In this document: positions 1 through 9,895 of the stretch, in pieces
Layout: the number at the start of each line of letters is the position of its first letter
Position numbering within the stretch: the first letter of the stretch is position 1
Assembly: GCA_022563685.1 (NCBI GenBank)
Contig: JADFMY010000008.1
Location: 7,554-39,553, forward strand
Reading direction: 5' to 3'
Source: Pseudomonadota bacterium
GTDB taxonomy: Bacteria > Pseudomonadota > Gammaproteobacteria > GCA-001735895
Length of the DNA stretch: 32,000 nucleotides
Position numbers and translations under genes: made by a program
The notes under the pieces: model-generated
What the model was told of the DNA's origin: nothing
Seen by the model: the letters and a program-made list of their open reading frames with translations, nothing else
The model's database searches: none

Positions 1-189
1 CTGCAGGCCTTTGTAACCAATGGTCGGCAGGGCATTAATTATCACGCGGGCACCTGGCACCATGTATTGCTGACCCCTTATGGTGCGATGGATTTCCTCT
101 GTGTTGACCGGGGCGGCGAAGGCAATAACTGTATCGACCATTTTTTCGATCAGGACCAGCATAGAGAGTTGTTGATACCGAATGTTTAG
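1..189 (+). CDS. allA: ureidoglycolate lyase, C-terminal fragment (5' end lies outside the window)
   Basis: Frame 1 is open from base 1 to TAG at 187-189. The translation LQAFVTNGRQGINYHAGTWHHVLL..DFLCVDRGGEGNNC matches by eye the conserved C-terminal core of E. coli AllA ([34 protein letters not shown]). Confidence 0.7.
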   Translation: MQAFVTNGRQGINYHAGTWHHVLLTPYGAMDFLCVDRGGEGNNCIDHFFDQDQHRELLIPNV

Positions 190-260
190 TGCGGCCTAGT
201 CGAGCCCCAGGCAATATGGCAATATAGCGCGCTTCGATCATTCCTGTCACATGGTGCCGG

Positions 261-818
261 ATGGACAAAACCTATATTTCAGCCCAGCAATTACTGGTAG
301 ATTCTTTTCATCTCGCAAACCTGGTTTACCAGGATGACTTCCGGCCGCAGTTTATTATTGGTATCTGGCGGGGTGGGGCACCGGTCGGCATCGCGGTGCA
401 GGAATTTTTTGAATTCAAGGGTGTTAAAACCGATCATATTTCGGTACGAACATCGTCTTATTACGGTATCAACAAACAGTCGAAGAAGATCAGAGTGCAT
501 GGATTGCATTACTTGATTGAAAATGCTAACGCCGACGATAAGCTTTTGATCGTCGATGACGTGTTCGATTCAGGCCGTAGTGTCGCGGCCTTGATCAAGG
601 CTATTCGTAAACAGTCCAGGCTTAATACGCCGGGTGATATTCGCGTGGCCTGCCCCTGGTATAAGCCGGGTAAAAACCAGGTCGATTTTGAGCCCGATTA
701 TTACCTCCACCAGAGCGAAGAATGGCTGGTGTTCCCGCACGAGCTAGAGGGCCTGAAAATGTCGGAAATTGTGGCAGGGAAGAGTGACTTGTCGGATGTT
801 CTGGATCTGTTTAAGTAG
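261..818 (+). CDS. phosphoribosyltransferase family protein (purine PRTase-like)
   Basis: 185-aa ORF with the PRPP-binding loop LLIVDDVFDSGRS and a type I PRTase layout. Substrate is not assignable from sequence alone. Confidence 0.75.
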   Translation: MDKTYISAQQLLVDSFHLANLVYQDDFRPQFIIGIWRGGAPVGIAVQEFFEFKGVKTDHISVRTSSYYGINKQSKKIRVHGLHYLIENANADDKLLIVDDVFDSGRSVAALIKAIRKQSRLNTPGDIRVACPWYKPGKNQVDFEPDYYLHQSEEWLVFPHELEGLKMSEIVAGKSDLSDVLDLFK

Positions 819-869
819 GGCCGAATTTATTCGGCCAACACTAAATCGGTCGAATGAATTCGATCCTAC
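815..869. repeat. inverted pair of REP-like elements (GTAGG head plus hairpin)
   Basis: GTAGGGCCGAATTTATTCGGCC at 815-836 (+), and GGTCGAATGAATTCGATCCTAC at 848-869, which is GTAGGATCGAATTCATTCGACC on the - strand. The pair overlaps the stop codons of both convergent genes (TAG 816-818; CTA 866-868). Confidence 0.6.
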
Positions 870-1729
870 GATAATCCATGGCTGCCCGAGTAACCGCTTC
901 GAGCAGGGGATTTCCAGCTATCTAAAGAATCTTCTGCCGGTTTAAATATTTCTACCAGTAGTGGATAGCACGGTGTGCTGTCATCGGAATGGCTACTACC
1001 ACAGTCTCCACCAGGACAGGTAGAGAGCGCGCCCAGCAAATCAATTTCGGCAAAAAATTCGATAAAGTCTCCCGGTCGTACCGGGCTTGCTTTCATGAAA
1101 TATTGATGCGTGTCATGGGTAAACCCGGTACACATAAATACATTCAACACATCGTGGATATGCAGTTCGGCTTCCCTGGGTAAAATGTCTTTGGCCGTTA
1201 CCAGTGCGCGGGTCAGGTTGGAGTGGCAGCAGTGATGGTAATCCAACCCCTTGAGCATAAAGTTGGTGTAGGGATCGCAACGGGTGCCGATCACATCGTG
1301 AATACCACCACCATCCTCATCCCAGCCATACCAGTCGAGGGTATCGTGGGTGATAGTAGCCATCGGCCGCAATCCGGGCAGTGAACTCCATAGGCGATCG
1401 CCAGTACTCACATGAGTGGCATGCAGTTGGCGGGTTTTACCGCTGAAGAATCGCTCCGAAAGATCGTGCGCATTCCACAGATTTAAATCGCCCACCTGCG
1501 GCCCTTCGATACTGACGATACGAAAGAAATGGCCTTCCGGGACATTGAACGTAGCGCCATCACGAGGTGCCACAGTCAGTTCGGAAACTTTTGTCATGTT
1601 CTGACGTACCTGCTCGTATAACTTCATATCACACGGGGGTAATTGATCGATGCTGTAGCAAATCAACGCGGGTGCTGCGCGACGCTCGGCTGCGTCCTCG
1701 GGTGGGACATGATGAATAGTATCAGACAT
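866..1729 (-). CDS. DUF1989 (urea-carboxylase-associated) family protein
   Basis: The ORF contains GPQVGDLNLWN..ERFFSGKTRQ..HDVIGTRCDPY..CHSNL, which is typical of DUF1989 by recollection. I chose the ATG at 1729 (MSDTIHH). The longer 1816 start would translate through a GTAGG-headed hairpin at 1782-1812. Confidence 0.7.
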   Translation of the reverse strand: MSDTIHHVPPEDAAERRAAPALICYSIDQLPPCDMKLYEQVRQNMTKVSELTVAPRDGATFNVPEGHFFRIVSIEGPQVGDLNLWNAHDLSERFFSGKTRQLHATHVSTGDRLWSSLPGLRPMATITHDTLDWYGWDEDGGGIHDVIGTRCDPYTNFMLKGLDYHHCCHSNLTRALVTAKDILPREAELHIHDVLNVFMCTGFTHDTHQYFMKASPVRPGDFIEFFAEIDLLGALSTCPGGDCGSSHSDDSTPCYPLLVEIFKPAEDSLDSWKSPARSGYSGSHGLS

Positions 1730-1781
1730 TTTGCTGTTCCAGCGGGCGGGATTGAAAGGCCTGGTGAGTATATCAGTAATG

Positions 1782-1812
1782 GTAGGGTGCAATAACCAAA
1801 GGGCATTGCACC
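1782..1812 (+). repeat. REP-like hairpin variant (GTAGG head, 8-bp stem)
   Basis: GTAGG at 1782-1786. The stem GGTGCAAT (1786-1793) pairs with ATTGCACC (1805-1812) across an 11-nt loop. It lies between the prpD stop and the DUF1989 start. Confidence 0.45.
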
Positions 1813-1830
1813 TCATGAAATCTGTTTGAT

Positions 1831-3285
1831 TTACTGTTGTAGCAATTCCATCATGTCGGTCACGCTAGTGGCTTCAAACGTATTTTGAACCGAACAAATG
1901 GCGAGTATTCGCTCGGATTTTTCGACGCTGATTTTAGCGCGTAGGTAGCGTTCAAACTTCGCTTTCAACAGGGGGATTCCTTCGTCGCGTCTACGCCGGT
2001 GTCCGACCGGATAATCGACCACGACTTCATCGGTCGAAGATCCATCCTTGAAGAATATCTGTAACGAATTGCCGATGGCGCGTTTATCAGGTTCGAGGTA
2101 TTCACGCGAAAATCGTTCATCCTCGGAGACTTCCATGCAGTCACGCAATGCATCGACCCGTGGGTCGGAAGCGACATTGTCTTCATAGTGCTCGGCCTGT
2201 AAGTCCCCCTTTAGTAATCCGATTGCGACCATATACTGTAGACAATGGTCGCGGTCAGCCGGGTTATCGAGCGGACCGGTCTTGTTGATGATGCGATCAC
2301 CAGACTCCTGGGTCTTGATAACGATGCGATCGACTTCATCGACTCGATCGACGAGCTGCGGATGCAGGGTAACCGCAGCCTCGATTGCGGTTTGCGCATG
2401 AAATTCGGCTGGGAATGAAATCTTGAAAAGAATATTCTCCATCGTGTATGTACCGTAGCCCTGGGTGAATTTAAGCGAATTCTTGCCGAATAATACATCC
2501 TGAAAGCCCCAGGTGGGTGCCGTAATCGCCGAGGGATAACCCATCTCACCGCGCAACGCGGTGAAGGCCAGGAATAGTCCTCGTGAAGTAGCGTCCCCTG
2601 CAGCCCAGGATTTTCTCGACCCGGTATTCGGTGCATGACGGTAGGTGCGCAGCGATGAACCGTCGAGCCAGGCCTGGGATACCGCGTTCAGACATTCGTC
2701 TCGCGTGCAGCCGAGCATTTGTGCGGTGACTGCGGTTGAAGCAATGCGGACCAGCATAACGTGGCATAGCCCGACACGATTGAACGAGTTTTCGAGTGCG
2801 ATTATGCCCTGTATTTCGTGCGCCTTGATCATCGCAATCAATACGTCACGCATACCCAGTGATGTCTGCCCTTCGCGTACCCGTTTTCGAGACAGGTAAT
2901 CGGCGAGCGCTAAAATTGCGCCTAGATTATCTGACGGATGGCCCCATTCGGCCGCGAGCCAGGTGTCGTTGTAATCGAGCCATCGCACCATCGCGCCTAT
3001 ATTCCAGGCGGCACGTACCGGGTCGAGTTCGTACGAGGTTCCCGGTACGCGCGCACCATTACCGGGCATGTCGGCGCCGGGCACGATGGGCCCGAGTAAT
3101 TTGGTACAGGCCGGATAACTCAATGCCAACAGGCCGCAGCCTATGGTGTCCATCCAGTCGTAACGGGCGGTTTGCATCGCTTCTTCGGATTGGGTGACGT
3201 CATAGTCGAAAACATAGTCGACGATATCCTGAATCACCTGGTCGAAATCCGGACGGCTGGCGTCCAGTACAGCAGCTTTGCTCAT
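1831..3285 (-). CDS. prpD: 2-methylcitrate dehydratase
   Basis: 484 aa, MmgE/PrpD family over the full length (E. coli PrpD is about the same size). It is the last gene of a prpB-prpC-prpD array. Confidence 0.9.
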   Translation of the reverse strand: MSKAAVLDASRPDFDQVIQDIVDYVFDYDVTQSEEAMQTARYDWMDTIGCGLLALSYPACTKLLGPIVPGADMPGNGARVPGTSYELDPVRAAWNIGAMVRWLDYNDTWLAAEWGHPSDNLGAILALADYLSRKRVREGQTSLGMRDVLIAMIKAHEIQGIIALENSFNRVGLCHVMLVRIASTAVTAQMLGCTRDECLNAVSQAWLDGSSLRTYRHAPNTGSRKSWAAGDATSRGLFLAFTALRGEMGYPSAITAPTWGFQDVLFGKNSLKFTQGYGTYTMENILFKISFPAEFHAQTAIEAAVTLHPQLVDRVDEVDRIVIKTQESGDRIINKTGPLDNPADRDHCLQYMVAIGLLKGDLQAEHYEDNVASDPRVDALRDCMEVSEDERFSREYLEPDKRAIGNSLQIFFKDGSSTDEVVVDYPVGHRRRRDEGIPLLKAKFERYLRAKISVEKSERILAICSVQNTFEATSVTDMMELLQQ

Positions 3286-3315
3286 GCTTGGGTAATCCGG
3301 TTATCGATACCTGAG

Positions 3316-4461
3316 TTATCTTTCAGAAATTGGGGTGAAAGCCAGGTTTTCAGGCCCGGTATAGTTGGCCGAAGGACGGATAATTTTGCCGTCCTGTCGC
3401 TGTTCGACAATATGCGCACCCCAGCCGCTTGTCCTGGCAATCACGAATAATGGGGTAAACATGTCGGTGGGCACACCCATCTGGTTGTAGGATATGGCCG
3501 AAAACCAGTCCAGATTCGGGAACATATTCTTAAGTTCCCACAACACGCTTTCGAGACGTTCGGCTATATCGTACATTAACCTGTCGTCGTTCTCGTCGGA
3601 AAGCTGCTTGGCCAGGCGTTTAATCACTTCATTGCGCGGATCGCTTATCGTATACACCGGGTGACCGAAACCGAGTACGATTTCCTTATTGGCGACACGT
3701 TGACGAATGTCGGCTTCGGCTTCATCGGCTGAGCGATAACGTGACTGAATTTCGAAAGCTGCCTCATTGGCGCCACCGTGTTTGGGACCGCGTAATGCAC
3801 CGATGGCGCCGGTCACGCCTGAATACATATCCGATCCGGTTCCAGCAATCACACGCCCGGTAAAAGTCGATGCGTTGAATTCGTGTTCGGCGTAAAGAAT
3901 CAGCGAAATGTGCATCGCCTTTACCCAGGAATCTGGTGCTGGTTTGCCATGCAGCAGGTGCAGAAAATGTCCGCCGATCGAATCGTCGTCGGTCACCAGC
4001 TCGATACGTTTATTGTTATGAGTGAAGTGATACCAGTAAACCAGCATCGAGGCAAAGCAAGCCATCAGTCGATCGATAATATCGCGCGCAGCATCGACGT
4101 TATGATCGGCCGCTTCGGGGTCCTGGCATCCGAGCGCGGAGCAACCGGTACGCATAACATCCATCGGATGGGTGTGAGCGGGTAGTTGTTCGAGGACTGT
4201 TTTGACAGTTTTCGGCAGGTCGCGCATTGACTTTAGTTTGGTTTTGTATGCGTCAAGCTCGGCCTGATTCGGTAGCGTTTCATGCACGATCAAATAGGCG
4301 ACTTCTTCGAATTCGCAGGTTTCGGCGATGTCGAGAATATCGTATCCGCGATAATGCAAGTCGTTACCGGTACGCCCAACGGTACAGATCGCAGTATTAC
4401 CTGCGGTCGTGCCCGAAAGCTCAACCGATTTTTTAGGTTTGAAAGCGGGTGTTTCGCTCAT
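3316..4461 (-). CDS. prpC: 2-methylcitrate synthase
   Basis: 381 aa of the short citrate-synthase family, with the LGFGHPVY catalytic-His motif. The start overlaps the prpB stop as ATGA (4458-4461). Confidence 0.9.
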   Translation of the reverse strand: MSETPAFKPKKSVELSGTTAGNTAICTVGRTGNDLHYRGYDILDIAETCEFEEVAYLIVHETLPNQAELDAYKTKLKSMRDLPKTVKTVLEQLPAHTHPMDVMRTGCSALGCQDPEAADHNVDAARDIIDRLMACFASMLVYWYHFTHNNKRIELVTDDDSIGGHFLHLLHGKPAPDSWVKAMHISLILYAEHEFNASTFTGRVIAGTGSDMYSGVTGAIGALRGPKHGGANEAAFEIQSRYRSADEAEADIRQRVANKEIVLGFGHPVYTISDPRNEVIKRLAKQLSDENDDRLMYDIAERLESVLWELKNMFPNLDWFSAISYNQMGVPTDMFTPLFVIARTSGWGAHIVEQRQDGKIIRPSANYTGPENLAFTPISER

Positions 4462-5345
4462 GATTGTTCCTCATTAAATAACTGGTCTAGAGTCTGCTCG
4501 TATTGGTGATAATCGAGAAAGTCGTAGAGTTCCATGCGCGTTTGCATCGTATCGACGACGTTTTGCTGGGTGCCATCGCGAAGAATATGCTGATACACAT
4601 TGAGTGCCGCGAGACTGGCCGCTCGAAACGCACTGAGCGGATAAAGCGATAACTTCACCCCCACCGAAGCCAGTTGTTCGATGGTAAATAACGGTGTGGC
4701 GCCAAATTCGGTAATATTTGCGAGCACTGGAACCCCGACCGCATCGACAAACTGGCGGTACTGGTCGAGTTCGGTCATAGCTTCAGGAAATATCATATCG
4801 GCACCGGCTTCGACGCAGGCTATGGCGCGATCGACCGCGGCATCCATGCCCTCAACTGCGAGCGCATCGGTACGCGCCATAATCACAAAATCGTGGTCAC
4901 TACGTGCATCGACTGCGGCCTTGACCCTGTCCACCATCTCCGCCTGCGAGACGATAGCCTTGTTGGGGCGATGACCGCAACGTTTCTGCATGACCTGATC
5001 TTCAATATGAACACCAGCCACATTGGCGCGTTGCATTTCGCGGATACAGCGCGCGATATTAAACGCACCACCCCAGCCGGTGTCTATATCGACCAGCAGT
5101 GGCAACGAACTGGCACCGGTAATTCGAGCGGCGTCTTCGAGTACATCTTTCAGGGTCGAGATGCCCAGGTCGGGTATACCTAAAGAGCAGGCGGCGACGC
5201 CGCCACCCGAAAGATAGAGTGCTTTATGACCGCATTTTTCGGCCATGATCGCGTTATAAGCGTTGACCGCACCGACGACTTGCAGAGGATTATTCTGTTC
5301 GACTGCCTGGCGCAATCTGCGACCTGGTGAGAGTGTATTATTCAT
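4458..5345 (-). CDS. prpB: methylisocitrate lyase
   Basis: Isocitrate lyase/PEP mutase family with the QKRCGH motif. I chose ATG 5345 (MNNTLSPG), which gives about 295 aa like E. coli PrpB and overlaps the regulator stop by 8 nt. Confidence 0.9.
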   Translation of the reverse strand: MNNTLSPGRRLRQAVEQNNPLQVVGAVNAYNAIMAEKCGHKALYLSGGGVAACSLGIPDLGISTLKDVLEDAARITGASSLPLLVDIDTGWGGAFNIARCIREMQRANVAGVHIEDQVMQKRCGHRPNKAIVSQAEMVDRVKAAVDARSDHDFVIMARTDALAVEGMDAAVDRAIACVEAGADMIFPEAMTELDQYRQFVDAVGVPVLANITEFGATPLFTIEQLASVGVKLSLYPLSAFRAASLAALNVYQHILRDGTQQNVVDTMQTRMELYDFLDYHQYEQTLDQLFNEEQS

Positions 5346-6060
5346 GCTTCTCCTCGAGAATCGTTTTAACAATTTTCCACGCGCCGCTTATATGGCGTCG
5401 CATGAGTAATTCGGCCAGCTCCTCGTCACGAAACGCGATCGCGCTTGCGATTTGCCTGTGTTGCTCCAGCGAAATTTGAGGTCGGGCGGGTGCCTGGCCA
5501 GACTGATGCCGGCACATACGGATCAATTGGTAGAGCTCACCGTTAAGATTATCCAGTATCCACCGATTTTGACTCGCGACTGCGATGCGATAATGAAAAT
5601 CGATATTGCCTTCGCTTTGAAAGTAAAATTTTCCTTCGGCTTTGCCGATATCCCGTTCGTGCTGATTCAATAATTCCATCAACGAGCGGATATCTTCATC
5701 CGTCATATGCCTGGCCGCGAGTCTTGCCGCCATGCCTTCCAGACATTCGCGTGCAACATAAATGTCTTCGATCATCTTGCTATCGAGAGCGACGACACGG
5801 GAACCCGCGTGTGGCACTCGTACCACCAGCCTGATCTGTTCGAGCCGATGAATCGCCTCGCGCAATGGCCCGCGACTGATCCCGTACTTGAGCGCGAGAT
5901 CTGATTCGACTATTTTGCTGCCCTGCGATAACCGCCCGGCAATAATGTCAGACTTGATGCTCTCGAAAGCGCGACTGGCGAGAGTTTGCGTTTCGGTAGA
6001 CAAGACGGTAGGGAGCGAAGATTTTAATGTATTGTTGACAATAATAATAAATATAAGCAA
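5338..6060 (-). CDS. GntR-family (FadR/FCD-type) transcriptional regulator, first gene of the prp operon
   Basis: N-terminal wHTH ([22 protein letters not shown]) plus a C-terminal FCD-like helical domain. The start is uncertain: the only candidates upstream of the wHTH are TTG codons at 6060 and 6003, with no ATG or GTG. Confidence 0.85.
   Translation of the reverse strand: MLIFIIIVNNTLKSSLPTVLSTETQTLASRAFESIKSDIIAGRLSQGSKIVESDLALKYGISRGPLREAIHRLEQIRLVVRVPHAGSRVVALDSKMIEDIYVARECLEGMAARLAARHMTDEDIRSLMELLNQHERDIGKAEGKFYFQSEGNIDFHYRIAVASQNRWILDNLNGELYQLIRMCRHQSGQAPARPQISLEQHRQIASAIAFRDEELAELLMRRHISGAWKIVKTILEEKHE
6031..6042. promoter_or_regulatory. candidate GntR-type operator, site 1 (ATTGTTGACAAT)
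   Basis: 5+5 inverted repeat ATTGT-TG-ACAAT. It contains TTGACA on the + strand (6035-6040). It is the exact reverse complement of the site at 6093-6104. Confidence 0.45.
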
Positions 6061-6092
6061 ATTTACCTAAAAATATGCAGAATTTAACCTTT

Positions 6093-6104
6093 ATTGTCAA
6101 CAAT
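6093..6104. promoter_or_regulatory. candidate GntR-type operator, site 2 (ATTGTCAACAAT), overlapping a -35-like hexamer on the - strand
   Basis: On the - strand it reads ATTGTTGACAAT, with TTGACA at 6100-6095. After a 17-nt spacer comes CATATT at 6077-6072, oriented toward the regulator-prpBCD operon. Confidence 0.45.
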
Positions 6105-6361
6105 TATTATTTATTAAGAAGTTGAATAGATTGCGGACTAAGCTATAAACGCTATTCCTGTTGAGGAAAGCGATTATTAATCCTCACGATTAAATTGCTT
6201 AATAGTGGTATTAAAGTGTTATATAAGATCACCAATGACGTTATATTGGACAGGTACGGTTGGATCGCGGATCACCCCTGCCAGATTCAATCGAGTGTAA
6301 GCTACCGGAATTACGGCAGTAACACGCCGTAGCTTTCAATTGGGAGTCAGAGAGGAAAACC

Positions 6362-7666
6362 ATGAGCAGCGAGACCGTAACCATTATCGACGACGCTACT
6401 GGCAAAAAAGTACAGTTACCACTGCTTTCGCCCACTAGCGGTCCAAAAACTATCGATATAAGCACCCTGTACAAGGAGCTGGGCTATTTCACCTATGACC
6501 CGGGATTTATGTCCACCGCCAGTTGCTCCAGTGCTATTACTTTTCTCGACGGTCAGAAAGGTGTGTTGCAATATCGCGGTTACCCGATCGAACAGTTGGC
6601 CGAACAAAGCTCGTACCTCGAAGTCTGTTTTATTCTGATCAACGATAAATTACCCAGTCGCCAGGAGCTGGTCGATTTTGTAAACGAAGTTACTAATCAT
6701 ACGATGCTGCATGAAGCGTTGAAGCGATTTTATAGTGGATTTCGTCGGGACGCCCATCCGATGGCTATCATGGTCGGCGTGGTGGGTGCGCTTGCAGCGT
6801 TTTATCACGATCACATGGATATTCAAAACCCGGAACACCGTAGGATTACCGCACTTCGCCTGATCGCAAAAATACCGACTATTGCAGCCTGGAGCTATCG
6901 CTACGCGATGGGTAAGCCGTTTATTTACCCGAATAATAGTATGAGCTATACCGAAAACTTCCTGAATATGATGTTTTCGATGCCTTCCGAGGTATATCAC
7001 CCCGACCCATTGCTGGCCAAGGCGCTAGACTTGATTTTGATCCTGCATGCCGATCACGAGCAAAACGCCTCGACAGCGACCGTTCGCCTGGCTGGCAGCT
7101 CTGGCGCAAATCCGTTTGCGGCGGTGGCGGCAGGTATCGCTGCCCTGTGGGGGCCGGCGCATGGTGGTGCGAACGAAGCGGTGATTCGAATGTTGATGGA
7201 TATCAATGAATCGGGTAAATCACTGCAATCGTTTGTCGATCGCGCCAAGGACAAGGATGATAGTTTCCGGTTGATGGGATTCGGACATCGGGTATACAAA
7301 AATTATGATCCGCGCGCCAAATTGATTCGTAAAATTTGTCATCAACTATTGGGCGATATGGAATCGACTGGCGAACAAAAGAAATTGCTCGAAACAGCGA
7401 TGGCACTCGAAAAGGTAGCGCTCGAAGACGACTATTTCGTCAAGCGTAATCTGTATCCCAATGTTGATTTTTATTATGGTATCATCTTCCTTGCGATGGG
7501 TATTCCGATGAATATGTTTACTGTCATATTGTCGATGGCCCGTACTATCGGATGGATTACGCAATGGACTGAAATGGTATCGGATGAAAACTACAAAATT
7601 GGCCGACCGCGACAGCTATACACGGGACCGATCGATCTGGAATATATTCCGATGGATAAACGCTAA
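6362..7666 (+). CDS. gltA: citrate synthase (type II, GltA-like)
   Basis: 434 aa. The N-terminus and length are typical of hexameric GltA. Motifs [10 protein letters not shown] and [14 protein letters not shown] are present, and an AGAGGAAA RBS precedes the ATG. Confidence 0.92.
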   Translation: MSSETVTIIDDATGKKVQLPLLSPTSGPKTIDISTLYKELGYFTYDPGFMSTASCSSAITFLDGQKGVLQYRGYPIEQLAEQSSYLEVCFILINDKLPSRQELVDFVNEVTNHTMLHEALKRFYSGFRRDAHPMAIMVGVVGALAAFYHDHMDIQNPEHRRITALRLIAKIPTIAAWSYRYAMGKPFIYPNNSMSYTENFLNMMFSMPSEVYHPDPLLAKALDLILILHADHEQNASTATVRLAGSSGANPFAAVAAGIAALWGPAHGGANEAVIRMLMDINESGKSLQSFVDRAKDKDDSFRLMGFGHRVYKNYDPRAKLIRKICHQLLGDMESTGEQKKLLETAMALEKVALEDDYFVKRNLYPNVDFYYGIIFLAMGIPMNMFTVILSMARTIGWITQWTEMVSDENYKIGRPRQLYTGPIDLEYIPMDKR

Positions 7667-7718
7667 TAAACCCATATATTTAAAACCCCTACCGAGAAAT
7701 AATTAGAGAGCCAGTCGC

Positions 7719-8202
7719 ATGTTACAGGTCGATCGAGACCATACGGCACCCTATCCGAAGCCGGTAGATGTCGAAACCCATCACACGCTGCCCGATTTCA
7801 TGCAAAACCGTGGTGGCGTTTCACTACGTCCTGGAGATGGCATTATCCATTCCTGGATGAACCGCATGTTATTACCGGACACGGTAGGTACTGGTGCGTA
7901 TTCGCATACCCGGTTTCCCATTGGTATTTCATTTCCGGCGGGTTCCGGACTGGTTGCATTTGCTGCATCGACCGGTTTGATGCCACTGGATATGCCCCAA
8001 TCCGTGCTGGTGCGATTCAAAGGTGACATGCAACCCGGCCCCCACAATCACCTTGTGTGATCTGGTTAACGCCATTCCCTACGTGGCGATTCAGGAAGGG
8101 CTATTGACAGTGGCCGATGATGTTTATAGATACCTCAATTTTGACCAAATGGGAAATTACCGGTCAGCTGCCGATTCGGCTTTTTCGGTGAAGGTGGCCT
8201 AG
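7719..8202 (+). pseudogene. acnB: aconitate hydratase B relic (N-terminal truncation, frameshift and large internal deletion)
   Basis: [91 protein letters not shown] matches E. coli AcnB mid-region nearly residue for residue. The frame shifts near 8040 and homology continues as [23 protein letters not shown]. At about 8112 it jumps directly to the AcnB C-terminus (DDVYRYLNFDQM..), ending at TAG 8200-8202. Confidence 0.8.
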
Positions 8203-8232
8203 GAGTCTGTCGGACTCCCCTGCCTTCAGATA

Positions 8233-8850
8233 CTAATTATCACAGAGGGCTTTTACCTTACGCACGACGGCATCAAATTCCGCGCCGCTGGTAATTAATA
8301 ATTGTTCTTTAGCCTGGTGACATTCGCTGGCATCTTCCTCAATTTTCCGAAGTAATGATTTTTCTATAGAGGAGTGTTGGCCGGCAGCCTGGCAATAGAC
8401 CGTCGAAACACGCCGCAAATTAGTGTGCGTGCCGGATTCAACAGCAACACAGTCACCTGCCTGCATTCCGTCCTGCTCGGTCAAAATTTTAAATTCTTTG
8501 TTATTTTTGCCTTTTAAAATATAGGCGAAAGCGTTATTAGAACCTTCTGCAATTAAAGTAGTACCACCCAGTAAAGCGGCGCCTACTACTGCTCCACTGA
8601 CCGCATCGCGACGATTGCCACCAAAACCACCCAGCAACCCCCATAAGCCTCCTATAGCCGCGGCTTTACCCGCTTCTGATTTTAACTTCACCTGCTCGAC
8701 ACTGACAACAGTGGCGTAAGAAATCGAAATGCGCCTATTCATGCTGTCACGACTCACCCCATCTGAAGCACAGCCGAAAATAAGAATACTCAGAAAAGCC
8801 AATAGAAAGTATTTCTTTATGGTTGATACAAAATGGTTGGCAGCTTTCAT
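8233..8850 (-). CDS. lipoprotein with a glycine-zipper (SlyB/Pcp-like) segment
   Basis: Signal peptide plus lipobox LIFGC|AS. A Gly-rich zipper AAAIGGLWGLLGGFGG..GAVVGAALLGG follows, then a C-terminal extension of about 90 aa that contains Cys residues. Confidence 0.7.
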   Translation of the reverse strand: MKAANHFVSTIKKYFLLAFLSILIFGCASDGVSRDSMNRRISISYATVVSVEQVKLKSEAGKAAAIGGLWGLLGGFGGNRRDAVSGAVVGAALLGGTTLIAEGSNNAFAYILKGKNNKEFKILTEQDGMQAGDCVAVESGTHTNLRRVSTVYCQAAGQHSSIEKSLLRKIEEDASECHQAKEQLLITSGAEFDAVVRKVKALCDN

Positions 8851-9080
8851 GGCAATCTACTCATCTCTCAATTTCCAGGTGTTTGACACCCATCATATAA
8901 AAAAATCTCAATAACCTCTACACAATATCTCCTGGGGTTCTATTCCCAGCAGTTTGCCGCGTGGTAATTCATTTGCTTTTTGTCGGCCAACTCGGTTGAG
9001 CGGCCTGCCAAAATGATAGTCTACTCGACGTCAAAGGGTATAATGCGCTGTGAGGAAATATTATTATACGGAGATAATAG

Positions 9081-9680
9081 ATGAAAAAAGGATACAGAAA
9101 TTTAGTACTACTGGCCGTGCTAATGTTGCACCCGCTCGGGGCATTGGCGCAGGAAGGTCATTTCTCCCTTGCCGTGGGTCTTGGCAATTCGCAGTTCGAT
9201 TTAAACGAGCCAGGCCTGGTGAGTAACTACACCATGTTAACCAGCACAAGTAGCTTTTCCGATAGTGTCACCTCGTTTAGCTTTTTCGTTGGCTACCAAC
9301 TGGACCCATACCTTTCTCTGGAATCGGAATTCGTTTCGGCGGGCGATGTTACCGCCACGGAAGCGGGTCTTGTATCCAAACTATTTGATGTCAGTATATT
9401 GTCGATCACCGTGGCGTTGTCGAATCAGGTTAGCGAAAGGATCAGGCTGTTCGGGCGCATAGGTACTCATTTCTGGAATATATCCGAAAGCACCGGCGCG
9501 GTGAATACGATTAATAATGCAGTGGATTTAACCTATGGCCTGGGTGTTGATTTCAACGTCTATGGAGATCGTTCCCGGCAACTCCGATTGCAATGGAATC
9601 ATTATGAATACGATGGCGTTTTCATCGATGCCGGCGACATCATATCGGTGAATTTATTGTTCCAGATCGGCGGCTATTAA
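9081..9680 (+). CDS. outer-membrane beta-barrel protein (OmpA-N/OmpX-like)
   Basis: Sec signal peptide (..PLGALA|QEG), alternating hydrophobic beta-strand pattern, C-terminal ..LLFQIGGY with a terminal aromatic residue, and a GGAG RBS. Confidence 0.7.
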   Translation: MKKGYRNLVLLAVLMLHPLGALAQEGHFSLAVGLGNSQFDLNEPGLVSNYTMLTSTSSFSDSVTSFSFFVGYQLDPYLSLESEFVSAGDVTATEAGLVSKLFDVSILSITVALSNQVSERIRLFGRIGTHFWNISESTGAVNTINNAVDLTYGLGVDFNVYGDRSRQLRLQWNHYEYDGVFIDAGDIISVNLLFQIGGY

Positions 9681-9895
9681 GGTAAATCGCGCGGTAGTAA
9701 TTTCCTTAATGTGTATTGGGTTCGCCCCAACATGGTTTACTCGCCTGTACCCTGCTATAGGTCATGGCAATACGAGCTATTTGTAATAACCATTTGATGC
9801 CTTCAGCGTTTGTGAATACTCTGCGGTCTGATTTCAACCCGGTGGATAACTATATTCACTCACTCTAACCCGTTACCAACTAAGGTTCCATCACT

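Noticed and set aside
1730-1816. The longer N-terminal extension of the DUF1989 ORF (start at 1816).
   Set aside because: The extension would be translated through a GTAGG-headed 8-bp hairpin (1782-1812) of the intergenic repeat type. MSDTIHH at 1729 is the more plausible start.
6195-6225. A sigma-70 promoter for gltA (TTGCTT ... TATATA).
   Set aside because: The spacer would be 18-19 nt and the -10 match is poor. It is no better than chance in this AT-rich region.
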